From the NCBI GenBank assembly GCA_040285855.1, contig JAUFOQ010000018.1, positions 62,001 to 126,000 on the forward strand: a DNA stretch of 64,000 nucleotides, read 5' to 3'. This DNA is from Eukaryota sp. GEM-RC1 (taxonomy: Eukaryota). Position 1 is the stretch's first letter. Every line of letters starts with the position of its first letter. Positions 1 to 13,090 of the stretch are shown piece after piece. The notes beneath the pieces are model-generated. The model saw only the letters and a list, made by a program, of their open reading frames with translations. It did no database searches and was not told the origin of the DNA. Position numbers and translations under genes: made by a program.

Positions 1-863
1 AATAACCAGAAGAATACTTCAAAACCTCCATAATTGAAGCTAAAAACTCTAACAACATTGATGAATGCCAATGCTTAAGCCAATGAAACATTGGATCAAA
101 CAACTTCTGACAAAATGATTGGGAATAATGAAGAGCAAGATCATGTAGAATGGCACAAACATATTTCTTTTTAAACAAGTGTTGAACACCGCCTCGATGA
201 TCCAGCAAGTGTTTCCTTAGTGCATCGTTAATGATTGGGCGACGAGAGGTAAGGATATCAGAATTGAACTTTAATCCAAGTTTAAGAGCAATGAGGTTCT
301 TGTATTCTAATAAACAGTTGGAGATGTGTTGGAACAAATGAGGACCGCGTAAGTGAGGGGGGGAAGATGTGTTTAACGTTGTCGTTGTAGAAGAGGAGGC
401 GGTATTGATCATCAGAGACTAGGAGGATTACTTCTAGGGCAGTGGAGAGGTGGGAGAGACAGGATTCGTCGTTAGATGAATGGAAGAAGGAGGAGAAGAG
501 CTTCAGAACCAGACTTTTGGATGGACAGTCTCTGATGACGTCAGAACCGAGGGCTGAGATGACACGGCAGACAGAGGAGATTCTTTGAGAGGAAGGTGTC
601 TCGTCAAGCCATTCCAAGCATAGTTCAGTAAAGCGATGGCAGAATGTGATGTACTGTTGTTCGGTCTTTTTAGAAATGATAGAGAGACAGTCACAGAGGA
701 GTCCAACATCACAATTGGGGGAAGCGATTCTACGAATTATTGATGAAGCTGTGTTGAAGTTGATGTATGGTGTGGATAACAACGAACGTAGAAGTAACAA
801 CAGTCTGTTCGTGTCATTGCCATTGTCATTCAACATAGTTGTTAGCTCATTAACAAGATCCAT
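1..863 (-). CDS. Unknown Leu-rich helical protein, running off the window edge; one frameshift at a homopolymer
   Basis: ATG at 863 (MDLVNELTT...). Removing one base from the G7 run at 357-363 gives an open frame (FPPHLRGPHLFQHISNCLLEYKNLIALKLGL...) to position 1. Confidence 0.55.
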
Positions 864-1021
864 TTGATGATAGCAGTTAAACGAGGCGAAAAGAAACACG
901 AATGTACTGTACAAAAATTTGTGTCTGTAATTTTGTATTCGTTTTTTCAAGAGTGAATGATATGTGTGATGAATTCCGGCCAGAGTAGCCGAGTAGAAGC
1001 CTGTTGAGGAAGTTTCTTTCT

Positions 1022-1125
1022 TTAAAAAAAGCACAAAAAGCGGGACGATTAATGGTAGCTAAGCTAATGCTATTTTTAAAGTCCAAGCTTTCGTGATAGT
1101 TAATAAACTTTTTCTGCAACTTACG
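1022..1125 (-). mobile_element. Short fragment of a CRE-like non-LTR retrotransposon
   Basis: RKLQKKFINYHESLDFKNSISLA resembles 62220-62330 and 48640-48700, which lie just upstream of the CCHC/RLE region in longer copies. Confidence 0.5.
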
Positions 1126-1932
1126 GAGTTGAGCATTATCAAGAAGCTGGGAGGGTTGGTGTCAAAAGTTGTGTCAAAGAAGAAGAAGAATGTTGGGTGT
1201 ACACTACTATACTTGCCAGTAGCATTGTCGTCATTTTGATTCGAAATTGCCACGTCATTGTATCTGTATTTTTTTGTATTTTTTGTTGTATTGCATTGTT
1301 TGTATTTTTTGTATTGTATCAGATCAAAGTGGTTGTATTTTTCAGGTATGTTTTCAAACGTAAGTGACTGCAATTGAACAACACTATTCTGATTATACGA
1401 AACGATTTTTTATAAAAATTTTTAAATATCAAAGGAGCTTGAAAGTAGAACTTACGAGTTGTGGCAAATGGTCTTAGTCAGTTTATAGTGAAAAACAAAT
1501 GTGAACTCAACACTGACATTTCAAAAACTCTAAACATTATTTGATTTTGGAGACTTTGTTTCCAGTGTTGTGACTAAACAGTGTGATAGTCGATCTACCT
1601 TGGTTGTTCTGTTCATGTTGTGGCTGAACACCCTGAGCTTCTCTTGCAAGTGAGTCTCATAAATCTCAATGAAGTTGACACTCTTACCAGCTGTCGGTAC
1701 ACACTTTGTAAACATAAGATATCGATATCTGGTAAAATGTTTTATCCACATAAGAACTGTTTGTTTGTAATAATTCATTAACCAAAACAAATTGAGAAAA
1801 GATAAGAATTTAAATTTTGGACATCAAGGTGAGAGTTGAATTGTCCCCGTACTTAATGAAACTTATATACATATAAATGTTTTTTTGACAAAAGCAGTTT
1901 TTATTGACAACAACACTACAGTGTACATACAT

Positions 1933-3600
1933 CTAATAATCAATACCCTCAAAGTCCTGATTGCCTATCTGGAAATTTTCACCTACCTTATCCTCATAAT
2001 GTCTGCCAAGAGATAACAAAGCGCTAGATATAGAAGTCACCATACCTTTAAAGATAGCAAACACAATTCGATTTTTCCAAAATCTAAGATCAAATGTCCT
2101 AGATGCTTTTTCTTATACAATTTTCACAAAGATTTCAAGTAATGATGTTGCCGATTCACCTAAAGAATCGTTCAGTGAAAATACAAAAGGGTACAACAAG
2201 TAATTCGAGTGTGAATCTGAATTCAATAATTTCAATTTACCACAATATTTTTCCATTTTAAATTTTTCACCAATGAACAGGGGGTTCTTAGCATTAGATT
2301 TAGCAGCTTTTTTTGTTGGAATCATTACAAATATCGATAGACATAACATCAGCAATAATGAAAGAACCATCGAGACCAGGAAATATGACATCACCACGGC
2401 TATTTCCAAACGATTTGTCAACATCCGTATCATCAAACAAACCAGCCAGAACTGGTTCTAAAAAAGAAACTATTTCCATAAGATTTACACATACAATATA
2501 ATTGATCCCTTACTGAATCATGAACCATACTTTAAAAAAAAAATAAAACGGTTACAATTCAATAAATGTGTAGGTGTTACAGATTGCCCACATTGGCATT
2601 TCAAATTATGTGGAAGGTTATCAGGCCAAATATATGATCGTAAACGCATGTTTAATGACCAAGAGTTATCATCAAGAAAAAAACCGTGAACTTGAGGGAT
2701 TTGAGTAATCAGACAAGAAGCAAAGCCATTAGACACATCCATTAAGAAAGTTGCAAAAGCGCGATATTTTCCTTGGCCGTGCCAAGTCGAACATTATAAT
2801 CCAAGCTTTTCAAAAATATTTGTTAGTTTCTCTTGTAATTTTTTCAGACAGAACTGAAGATTAATCAAACATCTTTCAGGTATTTCAGACACAGATTCTG
2901 GGAAACACTGAGACCAAACGTCAAAAGGTAATTTGATCAACGCTTCGTTTAAGTCAAATACATATTTACATGAATTGGGGTTAATAAGTGAAATATCATT
3001 AGGAAATCGATTAACAAATTCAAAAATGAAATTTTTTCCATTGCCTAAAAAAGCAGATTTGCAAAGAATAGAAGATTTGGTAAATCCAATTCCACCAAGA
3101 TGAGCAGAAGTAAACAAATGACTTCTAAGTAACGTTGAATCAACTTCTAACAATGAAGCAACAAAATTGATCCTCAATTCACTAAAAGATCTACAAAAGT
3201 TCAGAGCGATTGAAGGAGCAGTAGACCTCAAAAGATGTGTGATTTTTCCGGAGTAGCAAATTTTTAAAATGAAAAACTTAATATGCTTTTCAATATCATA
3301 TGAAGAAATTGTGTTGAGTTCTGAACCAATTTTTTCCAAACAGTTAGATAATTCTTGAGAAGTTTTAGGAACATTCCCAAGCCAACATCCTAGAAAACGA
3401 AAAGCTTCTTCAACATAATTGATAAAGGGAATGTGAACTCCATTAATAAATAATTCTTGTGTAGATCTACCAATTAATAAACATTTGTATGGGTTTAGAA
3501 ATAAACCTAATGTTTCATAATTATTAGCCACTTCCAGAGCGACCTTTTTAACAATTCAAGAGGACCAATAATAGAAATATCATCCATATAGTCAACTATA
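1933..3600 (-). mobile_element. 5'-truncated, frameshifted non-LTR retrotransposon (RT C-terminal half, CCHC, restriction-like endonuclease; CRE/NeSL/R2-type)
   Basis: YMDDISIIG (~3570-3592), LGLFLNPYKC, FRFLGCWLG, HLGGIGF, CQCG...HLLNC, RGDVIFPGLDGSFIIAD, E..K..KY, YPFVFS..SLG and WKNRIVFAIFK; stop at ~1933. Confidence 0.85.
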
Positions 3601-3689
3601 ACATATGAATGCTCCTGTAAAGTTGAAACATAATATGATAAATCCACATAAAATCAATACAAAGTAGTTGAATAATGGGACACACTAAA

Positions 3690-3975
3690 TGATAGATGTC
3701 TATATGGATGATATCTCCACAAATTGGTACTTTAGTATTATTAAATATAACAGTTGTGAAAGTTGCTGTTATTTGTTAAACATTTGCAGCGTCTTTGAAG
3801 TTCAAAGTTTGAACACTGAGAAATGTTTATTAACTGGTGGATCTACACAAGAATTATTTATTAACGGGGTTTAGATTCCAACTACTAATTATGAGTATGT
3901 AGTAGACAGTTTCCGCTATCAAGGATGTTGGCTTGGAAATGTCCCCTATTTCAGTGATGTTGGTTTTACCAAGAC
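3690..3975 (+). mobile_element. RT fragment of the same CRE-like family, inverted relative to its neighbour
   Basis: DVYMDDIS, LNTEKCLLTGGSTQELFINGV and FRYQGCWLGNVP are paralogous to 3370-3590 on the minus strand. Confidence 0.7.
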
Positions 3976-4470
3976 ATCCTATTAATTCTGAACTTCATCT
4001 AAAATTTAAAGTATTAATGATACAACCACTATAAGAGAGCCAATAAATCAACAACAAATTCTTTTTAATCACTGCAATCACCTTTTCTCCTCACCAATTA
4101 AGTATGAACATTCTGATAATGTTGAATCCAACTCTGGTGAGACGATTTCCTTCAGTGGAAGTATTGGTCATCGTCGTTCAATTTTAGGTGATAAATCTAT
4201 TCTTTAAACAATTGTTTGGACATATTATTGCCTTAAACTGTAAACTGACATCCTATCACTGAACCTTGGATTCCTTGGTGGAGATGACGAAGAACTGGCC
4301 ATCTTTGGATGACAGTAAGTGATGTAGCCCATTGATGAAGATCATGAATATCTTAGTACACTCTGTGAAAACAGGAGTAAGTTTCATAACTGGGAGTAAC
4401 TAGAAGCAGTTGTGTAATAATACTAAAGTTGGTGAGAGACAACTAAATACAGTACTACTACTCAGCAGTA

Positions 4471-5432
4471 CACCGTTCACCGTAATTAACGTCACTACAA
4501 AATTAAGTCCCTTCACTTCACAATTATCGTCACTGACGTTAATCACTGTATGTCCCGATTTTTGGCGTGGATGACGTTAATTGTGAACATTTTCTTGAGC
4601 GACTATAAATAAAATATTCGTATTTATTTCATGTTTTTTGATGTACAACAAGAACAGAAGGTAACCAGAAATGTTCTTTTCTCCTTTTCTATGTCAATAT
4701 ACTCGTCAATAAAACTGCTTACTTTTGTGACAACTACAGTGGACATAATATAACCGGAGAAGTTCAAGATGCACTTAATCAACTTGATGGTGATCTACAA
4801 TTTCTTCCCAAAAATGTGACTCATTTGTGTCAACCCGTCCTTCGTTATCCAGAAAATCAAGGAAGTTTGGACATCACTTTGGGAAAAGGAAAAGATGTAG
4901 TTGATGTGGCCGAAGGAAAATTTGCCTCAGGACACTTGAAAAACCAGGAACATCGTACTTTTTACAATAGGCCCGAGAGACCGTTACAAGAGTCAATTCA
5001 ATCACAGACCCCAATGGACTCAATTACGCAAGAAAAGCCATGATTCGGTGCGGACTGTCACTCAATGTCACTGGAAGATGGGAAGAAGATCAACTTGCAG
5101 TTGACTTGAATGCAATAGTTGCCAAGTATAGAAATCACTTCAATGGAGAGCCTGTATTGGAGTAGATGTTGATGGTTTATCAAAGTTATCTTTATAAAGT
5201 TTAGTAATACGTTTATGAATGAGAGACAAAGTGCTGATTCAATGTGTTTTTGACTGAAGAAGTGTAGTGACATTAAATATGAATATTCACAATTAGTGCC
5301 AGTGACATTAATTTTACCGCTCAAGTATTAACGTCACTTCACAGTTAACGTCACTGACATTAATATATGTATAGAAGGACTCAGTATGACTCTCGTAATT
5401 AATGTCAGTGACGTTAATTACGGTGAACGGTG
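4471..5432 (+). mobile_element. Non-autonomous pogo/Tigger/Fot1-like (DDE_1) DNA transposon, 962 bp
   Basis: Perfect 26-bp TIR CACCGTTCACCGTAATTAACGTCACT (4471-4496 and 5407-5432), with TA on both flanks. Internal remnant CDNYSGH...LQFLPKNVTHLCQPV (4726-4840) matches the DDE_1 motif DNxxxH...FLPPNxTHxxQP. Subterminal TTAACGTCAC-like repeats. Confidence 0.85.
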
Positions 5433-5921
5433 TAGTAAGAAACTTCATTGTTGTGTTTCACTTATAGTTAAACCGAAACTACCAGTATCTACTAGATGTC
5501 TCCTTCCACATTTGCACTTCGGTTAATTTTTGGAGTGTACTTCTTTGAAACTTTCTCAAGCCTTAATAGTGATGCTGTACCATATAGCTGTATAAGCCAA
5601 CATAGCCCAGATGGCTCCATTGTATTCTCTCCACCCAAATAACTGAAAAATCAGGAAATGCCTAAGACTCGTACCATCCGAAAAAGAATGTTGGATAGAC
5701 ACGAAAACAATTATTTCACTCCCTACAAGATTCTGACAACCCGGGGAGATGGGGGTGACAACACACATCTCTCACAAAAATGAATAGATGCCATTTGCCT
5801 TCATTGAGAAGTTTGATGAAGGCAAGTATCACATCACTCACTCGCATGTGTTTGATATGAATGATTTCCTCGATGCTGACTGATTGACCAACCGAAACAG
5901 GACTATAAGAATCAAAGTACG

Positions 5922-5963
5922 GTGATTTTGATGAATAAAAGCAGAAAATCAGTTGAACTTTTA
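5922..5963 (+). repeat. Shared ~42-bp motif (copy at 7840-7884), possible LTR 3' end
   Basis: GTGATTTTGATGAATAAAAGC..AATCAGTTGAACTTT occurs at both sites and contains AATAAA; the second copy ends in TACA. Confidence 0.45.
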
Positions 5964-6036
5964 TCTTTCAATATCTATTAACCTTTTCTTGTGTGCATTG
6001 CAACCACTCACTGTTTCAAGATTATCTAACCTCTGA

Positions 6037-6252
6037 GAACTCAGTCGTAATGATATTACCAATTCCGGTGTTATAGCTATTGCTCAATTCCTAAGACAGA
6101 ATTTTACCTTACGTTCTTTGGATCTTAGCGAAAACCGTATTGGAGTTCACGGTAAAGAATCACTGTTGCATCTCAATCAGTATAAGGTAAATCCAATGAC
6201 TCTGGACGTTGCAAAACAAAGACCTGTACGAGAGCAATTCTTTTATATGTAA
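6037..6252 (+). pseudogene. 3' fragment of an RI-like leucine-rich-repeat gene
   Basis: ELSRNDITNSGVIAIAQFLRQNFTLRSLDLSENRIGVHGKESL...FFYM*; no 5' part is visible. Confidence 0.65.
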
Positions 6253-6392
6253 TTGTATTAATAAAATTATCATTAGTACTCAATATTTTCTAAAATAAAT
6301 ATAACTACAAGCAATAGACTGGAAGTAGTTAGATGGGGATAGATATATAGATGTTGAACACAAATTTGTTGTTCCCACTAAAATCTGTGCAA

Positions 6393-7310
6393 ATGTTCCC
6401 ACCTTTGAAGTGCAGCAGAGATGAGGATGATCACATGTATGTATCAAACCCAAGAGATCCATCTAAACCAAAAACTATTGATCTTCAAGAGTCTTTGGTG
6501 GTATTGATACTGTCACACACCGCGAATCGTCTTCTGTGTCAATGTTCTTGTGAATTCCTGTGGTCTGCTAAACTTCCTTCTTTCTTCAGGAAGTTTGGAT
6601 ATCTAAGCGAGACTTGGTTTGATCTCGCTAGATGGTCTGTAAAGAGATTCTTTTCCAACAACACCTTTTCACTTTCTGCTCCTTTACATTCTTGTTTTTT
6701 CCCCGTAGCTGCGTTCTTTTCAGCTAAGATACAGTCTGTGAACTTATTTTTGTTTGACAGTATCGAAAAGCAAGAGGTTAAGGACCGCTGTTTAATCTTG
6801 GACAATGATAATACATATGCTGTGGAACAAATTAATATTTGTATCAGATGTGATGATTGTCTTCCATCTTTAAATCTTTCTACGAATTTATTTCCCCGTC
6901 TACAACATCTGCATGCTCGTGTGTTTCCAGAGGTAACTGGCGATGTCTTGTATCCTTTTTGAAGTCTAATTCAACTATTACCAGTCTTTGTCTTTACACA
7001 AAGGGTCGCTTTTCCAGATGTTTCGGAATGAAGGATATATTACGAGGTAATATGTCTTTGCTTCATGTTGATCTTTTTAACAATTTAATTGATGACAAGG
7101 AAGCAAAGTCTCTACTTCAAGCTTTAAGATGTAATTCTACTTTGAGAAGTCTCGACCTCAGTGGTAATCTGATTGAGAATTTGACTGCTGCTAAAATAGA
7201 CGAATGTTTAAGTACTAACAGAAGTTTAAGAACTCTTGATGTTAGTATGAACTACATATCCGTAGAAAATGCTGCTGAGATGGCCTTGTATGTGAAATTA
7301 AAGAAGTTGG
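6393..7310 (+). CDS. RI-like (NLRC3-type) LRR protein; frameshift at the T5 run at 6956-6960; 3' end replaced by unrelated DNA
   Basis: ORFs 6351-6962 and 6857-7810 join as DVLYPF-LKSNSTITSL if one T is added. Repeats NSTLRSLDLSGNLI, NRSLRTLDVSMNYI and LLHVDLFNNLI; the LRR pattern stops at ~7310. Confidence 0.75.
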
Positions 7311-7994
7311 CATCATTTGTTCGGTGGAGTACCTTCTTCGGAAGGGTTAGGGAAACTCCCCTCCCTGACATGTCTATTTTCCTAAATATCCCCCTCTCGG
7401 TGCTTTCTTTCCTGAAAAGAATCGAGGTACTCCCAACATCTCTTTTAAAAGGATACGAGAACTTCCCGCGTCAACCCTTTCTCTGTCAGAGCCTCTTCTT
7501 TCAAGAAAAGAACGGAAACAAGTTGGGTAAGTCGAAGCCTATCTCTAGAACCAAACCCAGATCTAAGAAAGAGATAAGCTCCCCTATGTTCCTAATTAAA
7601 GAACAAACGGAGCTTAATAGTACGGCCGTCGACAGTCTGATTGAGAATTACATCACATCATATGACGAAGAAGACCTTTCATTAACAGACCTCCATGTTA
7701 CCAGTCCAGAAAGTAGCAGTTACTCCCTAGTGGAAGTTAGTCCAGCTGCTCCAACAGAGAAAATCAACCATCTTACGATCTTTAATTGGAGACATTCTCG
7801 ATATATTTGAACAAAACAAAGCGAATCTGTCAAAGAACAGTGATTTTGATGAATAAAAGCTGATTCAATCAGTTGAACTTTACAAACTAGATGGTTATGA
7901 ATTGAATGAAGTTACATTAAAGTCACATATAAATAAATAATAAATCAGACCTAGAACTGTGACTGTAGACGTGATAAAATAATTAAAAAAAAAG

Positions 7995-10650
7995 CAGTGT
8001 CTATAACCAAGAAGAAATTCTGAGTAGCAAAATATACTTTTTCTACCAAATAGAATCACTAAATGACAGACTTTTAAACAATTAGAAATAAAATACAATT
8101 AAAATTTTAATTTGTGTGCCGAATTTACATATTTCATGTAAAAATTACCAAAGTAAATTTCGAGTTCTTGTCAAAGTTAAGTAGAGACTATACATAAAAC
8201 AAAAAAATTACCAAATACATATGTATAAAATTCCTAACACAATGACAATTTCCAGCTCTGGAGAACATTCATCTCCTGGCACTTAGTCATGAAGAACCAA
8301 TCAATAATGAACTTCTTAATCAATCACGTGATTTGGTGATTGCTAGGAGCGATCATGGTGAGTAGAACAGTGAGATATACCTTTGTGGCGAAAAGACAGG
8401 AATTACAAAAAGAAGGCAAGAAAGAATAAGAGAAGAGCAACAAACGTGCAAGGATCAGAAACTGGGGACTGACTCGTGATTCTCAGTCATTTGATTGCTA
8501 GAAGAGATCACGGAAGGTGGGAAAGATGAGAGATGTATCCAGGGAAGGGGACGACTTACTTAGATATATTGAGAACAGAATAGTTGGGATAGGTAGCATT
8601 AGAAACGAAGAGCAAGGAACATATGGGAGATTGTTGGAGATCGGACACGAAGCAAGAGAGAAGAAGAAGAGCTTTTGATGGAAGAAACAGCGAGCTAACA
8701 CAACCCCCTTCAATCCCTTTTAGTTATGAGAGTATATCTGAGGTATTTGGCTGTTGTCGTCGCATTTCAAGAGCAAGAAGTGTAGGAAATGTCACATTCT
8801 AAGCGTTAAAGCGAAGCAAGAGGTTCTACGGAAGGGTAACGGGGAGAGTGTCGTTTTCTCCCTTCATTTCCAAGAAGAAATTGGAGGGGGAGGAGAATGT
8901 CCCATCTTCTACATTGTACATGTAGTTGCTTCATGTCTCCTTCAATAAACTTCATCCGATTCCACTTCTCTTGTCTACTCATGTTAGTTAAATTCTTACT
9001 TTTATATCTACGACATATGAACATTTCATGGATTTGATTCGTCAAAGTCTATAACAACCCGTAATCTTTAATAAACAAGTCAGCGTGCGGTTCACTATGA
9101 GAACAACTATTGACTATTAACATCCCTGCATAAGTGAATAAAGAATGACTTGGGGAAAGAAGCAGAGACAAAGTGCTTACACCTACATCACCAAGAACTT
9201 TCCCATTCTACGTGATCTAATACTCTCAAGCTTCCAACTGTCCCCACGGGATCAACTCTCTTGTAGAATGAACGTTACTTCACTCTACTACCATCTCTCA
9301 TTCATGACTCTTTGTTTCCATACCATTTCTACACACATTACTAATACCCAGTCCTTCTAGAAGGACTCCCCATTCTAGAAAGACCAGAGCTTCAGTCGAA
9401 TCGCTACTGGTGGATAATGAGCCTCTGAAGACCACCTGTTGTAGAACAATCGAATACATTTAGGATCTCCGCTTATCGTTGTCTTCCTTCATATACGTCT
9501 CTGATACGTCTTCTCCTTGCGTTTCTCCCACAATGGAAGTTATATTCTCAAACCTATTGATCTACTCCAGCAGTCTTGCTGATCACGTGATCTGTCTCAC
9601 GTGACCTAACCCTTTCTGTTATCTCCACGTAGTTTGTGAACTCATCCCTTTCCTCCTCTTATATCGTCCCAAAGCTGATCACGTCATCAAAGAAACTTCC
9701 TGGAAGGAGAGTATTGCTACGTTATGATATCCATCATTCTAGTCAAGATGTCGTATCTACCTCAAGACTTCAGTTGACTTCTTAATCTCATCTCTTGCTA
9801 AAAGAAGAATAATGGCTCATTAATACTGATCTCAACTCGTAAAGTGACACGTCACTTAAGTTAACGTGATTTCTCTTGTCACGTTATTTACCTGTCACGA
9901 ATGCCGGAATGCCGCTTTTGGAAGGTAGACATGATTATGATTGAATTAGTAGAGGGTAAAATCACTGATCATGTGTGTGATTAACATTAGTTTGTAGTCC
10001 TAATTAAGCTCATATTACGTCGTCATCGTTAATTGTTGATTAGGAGATATCATGGGATTTCATTTTCTACATTTACTTAGAAAGTGCAGATGTAAATTGT
10101 TCTGATATTAATCAGCTGAATTTGAATGTGCTATTTTGATGATCCATAATTGTTTCTTTTAAATGAAACTTGTTGACTTATATTGTAATTGTTTTAATAC
10201 TTGAAGTATTATTCTTTTATAATTTTAGTCGAAAGTTGTAGGATCACTTTTCGTCAGTCATATTACATTTTCTATTGAAAAGTACTTGCATTTTAAAAAT
10301 ATAGACTTCAAAATTTTAGTAAATATGTTCAAAATCAAAGTTGGGAACACGTCTTTCAAAGTGATGATTATTTCCTATTATGATTTTATTGATTGCTTGT
10401 CAGTTAGTTTTAGTGATGTTATCTTTCAAAAATCTTTCTCATTAATCCAAAAGATACTATTCCAAAAAGAGTTCCAATAATCTAGTTGTAGAAAAGTTTT
10501 AGGATCTTTTAAATATTTTACAAATTATATGAATTATGGTGATTCTATTACGTGGAAGAAGAAAATTGTTCTACTTAGAATCTCTTACTAATTTCAACAA
10601 TTGTTGAACCGTTTGAATAAACATAAACATAAGTTCAGTGCTTCAAATTG
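7995..10650 (+). repeat. Unclassified dispersed repeat, copy A (49-bp IRs at ~8013-8061 and ~10537-10585)
   Basis: Colinear similarity to copies at 20.4-22.6, 38.1-39.4, 43.9-46.6, 53.8-56.5 and 62.9-64 kb; CACGTG-rich core; no long ORF. Confidence 0.85.
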
Positions 10651-11559
10651 GAAGTTTTTGAAAGAGAGAATTGTTGAAATCGTTAAACTAAAGATAGTCT
10701 ACCAACTATCGCCTCTGTAAATTTAGAATTCGGAATTAAACACACACAAACTGGAATTTGCTTTTCTTTTGCCGGTGTCAGACTGAAAGTTTTTAACGTG
10801 GACCAAATTCGTTTCTAAACACTTAACAAATTTCTTCCCACAAACACTTTACGAAATGATTAACAACCAAAGACAACATACTAAACTTTGCACATAACAA
10901 TATTGTAAGTCCTACGAAATTGGTTTAATGCCAGTAGCTTCTCGCCAGGAATGGGTGCTGGAAAATCTGGACGAATCCGTATTACAAGAACTTCAACCTT
11001 CTACAGGCAATAAACAATCCGAAAGCGGAAAAAGACAAGTGAATCGGTCAAGAGGATGAAGATTGTTGATGTTGATGTACTTTAATCTATGGATGTTCAG
11101 ATATGTATAAATCTGGTTTATTGTGATTCAAGAAGAGACAACTTGATATCGGAAACAGCAGAAGTAAAGAAAGATGACAACAGAACCAATGTAGCAGAAG
11201 ACTTGATTTTCACGTTGTCTATTGTTGAACCCTCTATTAAAATGGATGTCTAGATTTGTTCGTAGTCTTGAATAGACCAGTTCATCTGGACTTCGTTCAG
11301 TTTGTTTCTTGCTGTCACGATGTCTTTGAACTGAGTCCTTAGAATAATTTTGCAGAAGAGCTCATCACTGGAGGTCGTTAGATGCTGATAGACATTCCCA
11401 TTATGGTTTAGGTTTCGATATCTGAAGTCATTTCACATCCCCAATTAGAAGGTTTTCTGATATAATTATTCATGACCTTTTATTGAATCCACAGTTAACA
11501 TCTATTGAATTGGACAGACTTGTTGATAAGATTAATACGCCGAATAATAGCATCGCAAA

Positions 11560-13090
11560 GATGGAGAGGGACTTCCAAGATGCTGCTTTTAGATAGTTCA
11601 TTTGTTGTTGAACCGGGTAAGCAACAAGTCGAGAGACCCAGCGGGTGTCGGCTTCTTTAGCAGCAATTCTTCCAATATCGAAGAAGTATTTTGGATCTCG
11701 GAGTGGTGCAGACGTTGATAGTTTGTAATCGTTCTGGGCGGTACAGAAGCTCATGTAATCAGCAATCCAATCAAGGATTACATCTAAGTCGTCCAGACTG
11801 TGAAGTGATTTCGGTTTCATCAACCTATTCAGATCACTGGAGGAATCCGTGGGTAATCAAAAAATCGGCGAACTTCAGTACGGAGTACGGCGTGATTGGG
11901 TTATTATTGGGACTGATAGAGCTAGACTGAATTGGAGTGACAGGTTCAGGTGAAACTGATAGAGCTCCAACTCTAGTAGCGGTGTGATCTTCTTCAAGAA
12001 TGTGGTCATGTGGAATGATCGGTGCGTTGGGCTTCTTTGAAATAACAAATCCGCCTGACACGTAAGAGGGGTTGGCCACCAAAGGAGGAATGGTATCAGA
12101 GTGATTGGTATTTACCGTGGGTTTTCTGTGAAAGAATCTATTAACGGTGGTATATCTGTCGAGGTTGTCTACTTGTTTTTCGATCGCCTCTACTTGATTT
12201 TTTAGGAAGTGGGTTCCTTAGAAGGTTATAAGCTTGTTCCACTGAATCAAGGGAGTTTCGCCGGGTTTTATCCATTATAAAGCCTAACAGTTTATCGTTG
12301 CTATTATGAATTTTCGATACCTCGGTCAAGGGGAATATACTTGTTGGCTTTACGTTGCCAATACCTTTTCAGTGTTCTAGCTGGTTTGAGTAGAAAGCGG
12401 TCTGTTTCTACAAAGCCGTACTCCTCAGCATTAGTTACTGATTGTCTTTGGAAGTGACTCCATTAATCCTTATCAATAGAACCAAACATCTTCACATCGG
12501 CATTCCGTAATTCTCTCCAAGGACTCTGAGCGTGCAGAGGTGGAGGTGCCCGTGGTTTTTAGAAGGCATAACAAAACCTAAAGGTGTAAGAGGTTATTTT
12601 GGAATAAACGGTACCGGTGTCCTAATAGGAGGGGTATTCCTCTGTACTATGAGGATAGGCGGAGGGTAACCGAAGGTCGATAAGTCCATCCGTTGTATGG
12701 ATTAGACTTAGGAGTGGGCGTTCCATTGGAGGGTGGTTCCTCGTTTGGAGTTTAGTTGGAAGATGGTTAATCATTTGGTGTTCCATTAGAAGAAGGTTCT
12801 TCATCTGAATGTATGTCGTAGTCGACAGTGTCATCCCAGGGGAATCCATCTGGACCTAATTCTTTCTCCACGGTGGAAGAATTGGAAGAAGCCGGGACGG
12901 AACTGGAAGCTTCACCTAGGTCGGTACTAGGGATTGGGTTAGGTTTGTTTCCAGGAGTGAAGTGCTCCGGAGTACGTACTCATTGAGACTCTTTACAGAG
13001 GCCACAATAATTACTGTTGGTCTCTGGTACCATGTGTAAGAGATAAGTGAATTTTATCAATCATAGGTCCTGATGAGTCATGACACTAAT
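11560..13090 (-). mobile_element. Degenerate LTR retrotransposon 5' region: LTR end, tRNA-iMet-like PBS and decayed gag-like ORF
   Basis: Minus strand ...CTTACA-CA-TGGTACCAGAG (PBS 13022-13032; canonical TGGTATCAGAGC), followed by a broken Pro/Ser-rich ORF. SLHSLDDLDVILDWIADY...PLRDPKYFFD weakly resembles the gag N-terminus at 16297. Confidence 0.5.

Noticed and set aside
6857..7810. Single 317-aa LRR protein as given in the ORF track
   Set aside because: The N-terminal part is off-frame overlap with the upstream ORF, and the part after ~7310 is read-through into unrelated DNA.
8498..9360. Short ORFs within the dispersed repeat as real genes
   Set aside because: Frames and stops are not conserved among the six copies.
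13066..13090. Hammerhead ribozyme / retrozyme (CTGATGAGTCATGAC; also CTGATGA at ~15221 and ~60738)
   Set aside because: No GAAA core follows stem II, and stems I and III cannot be built.
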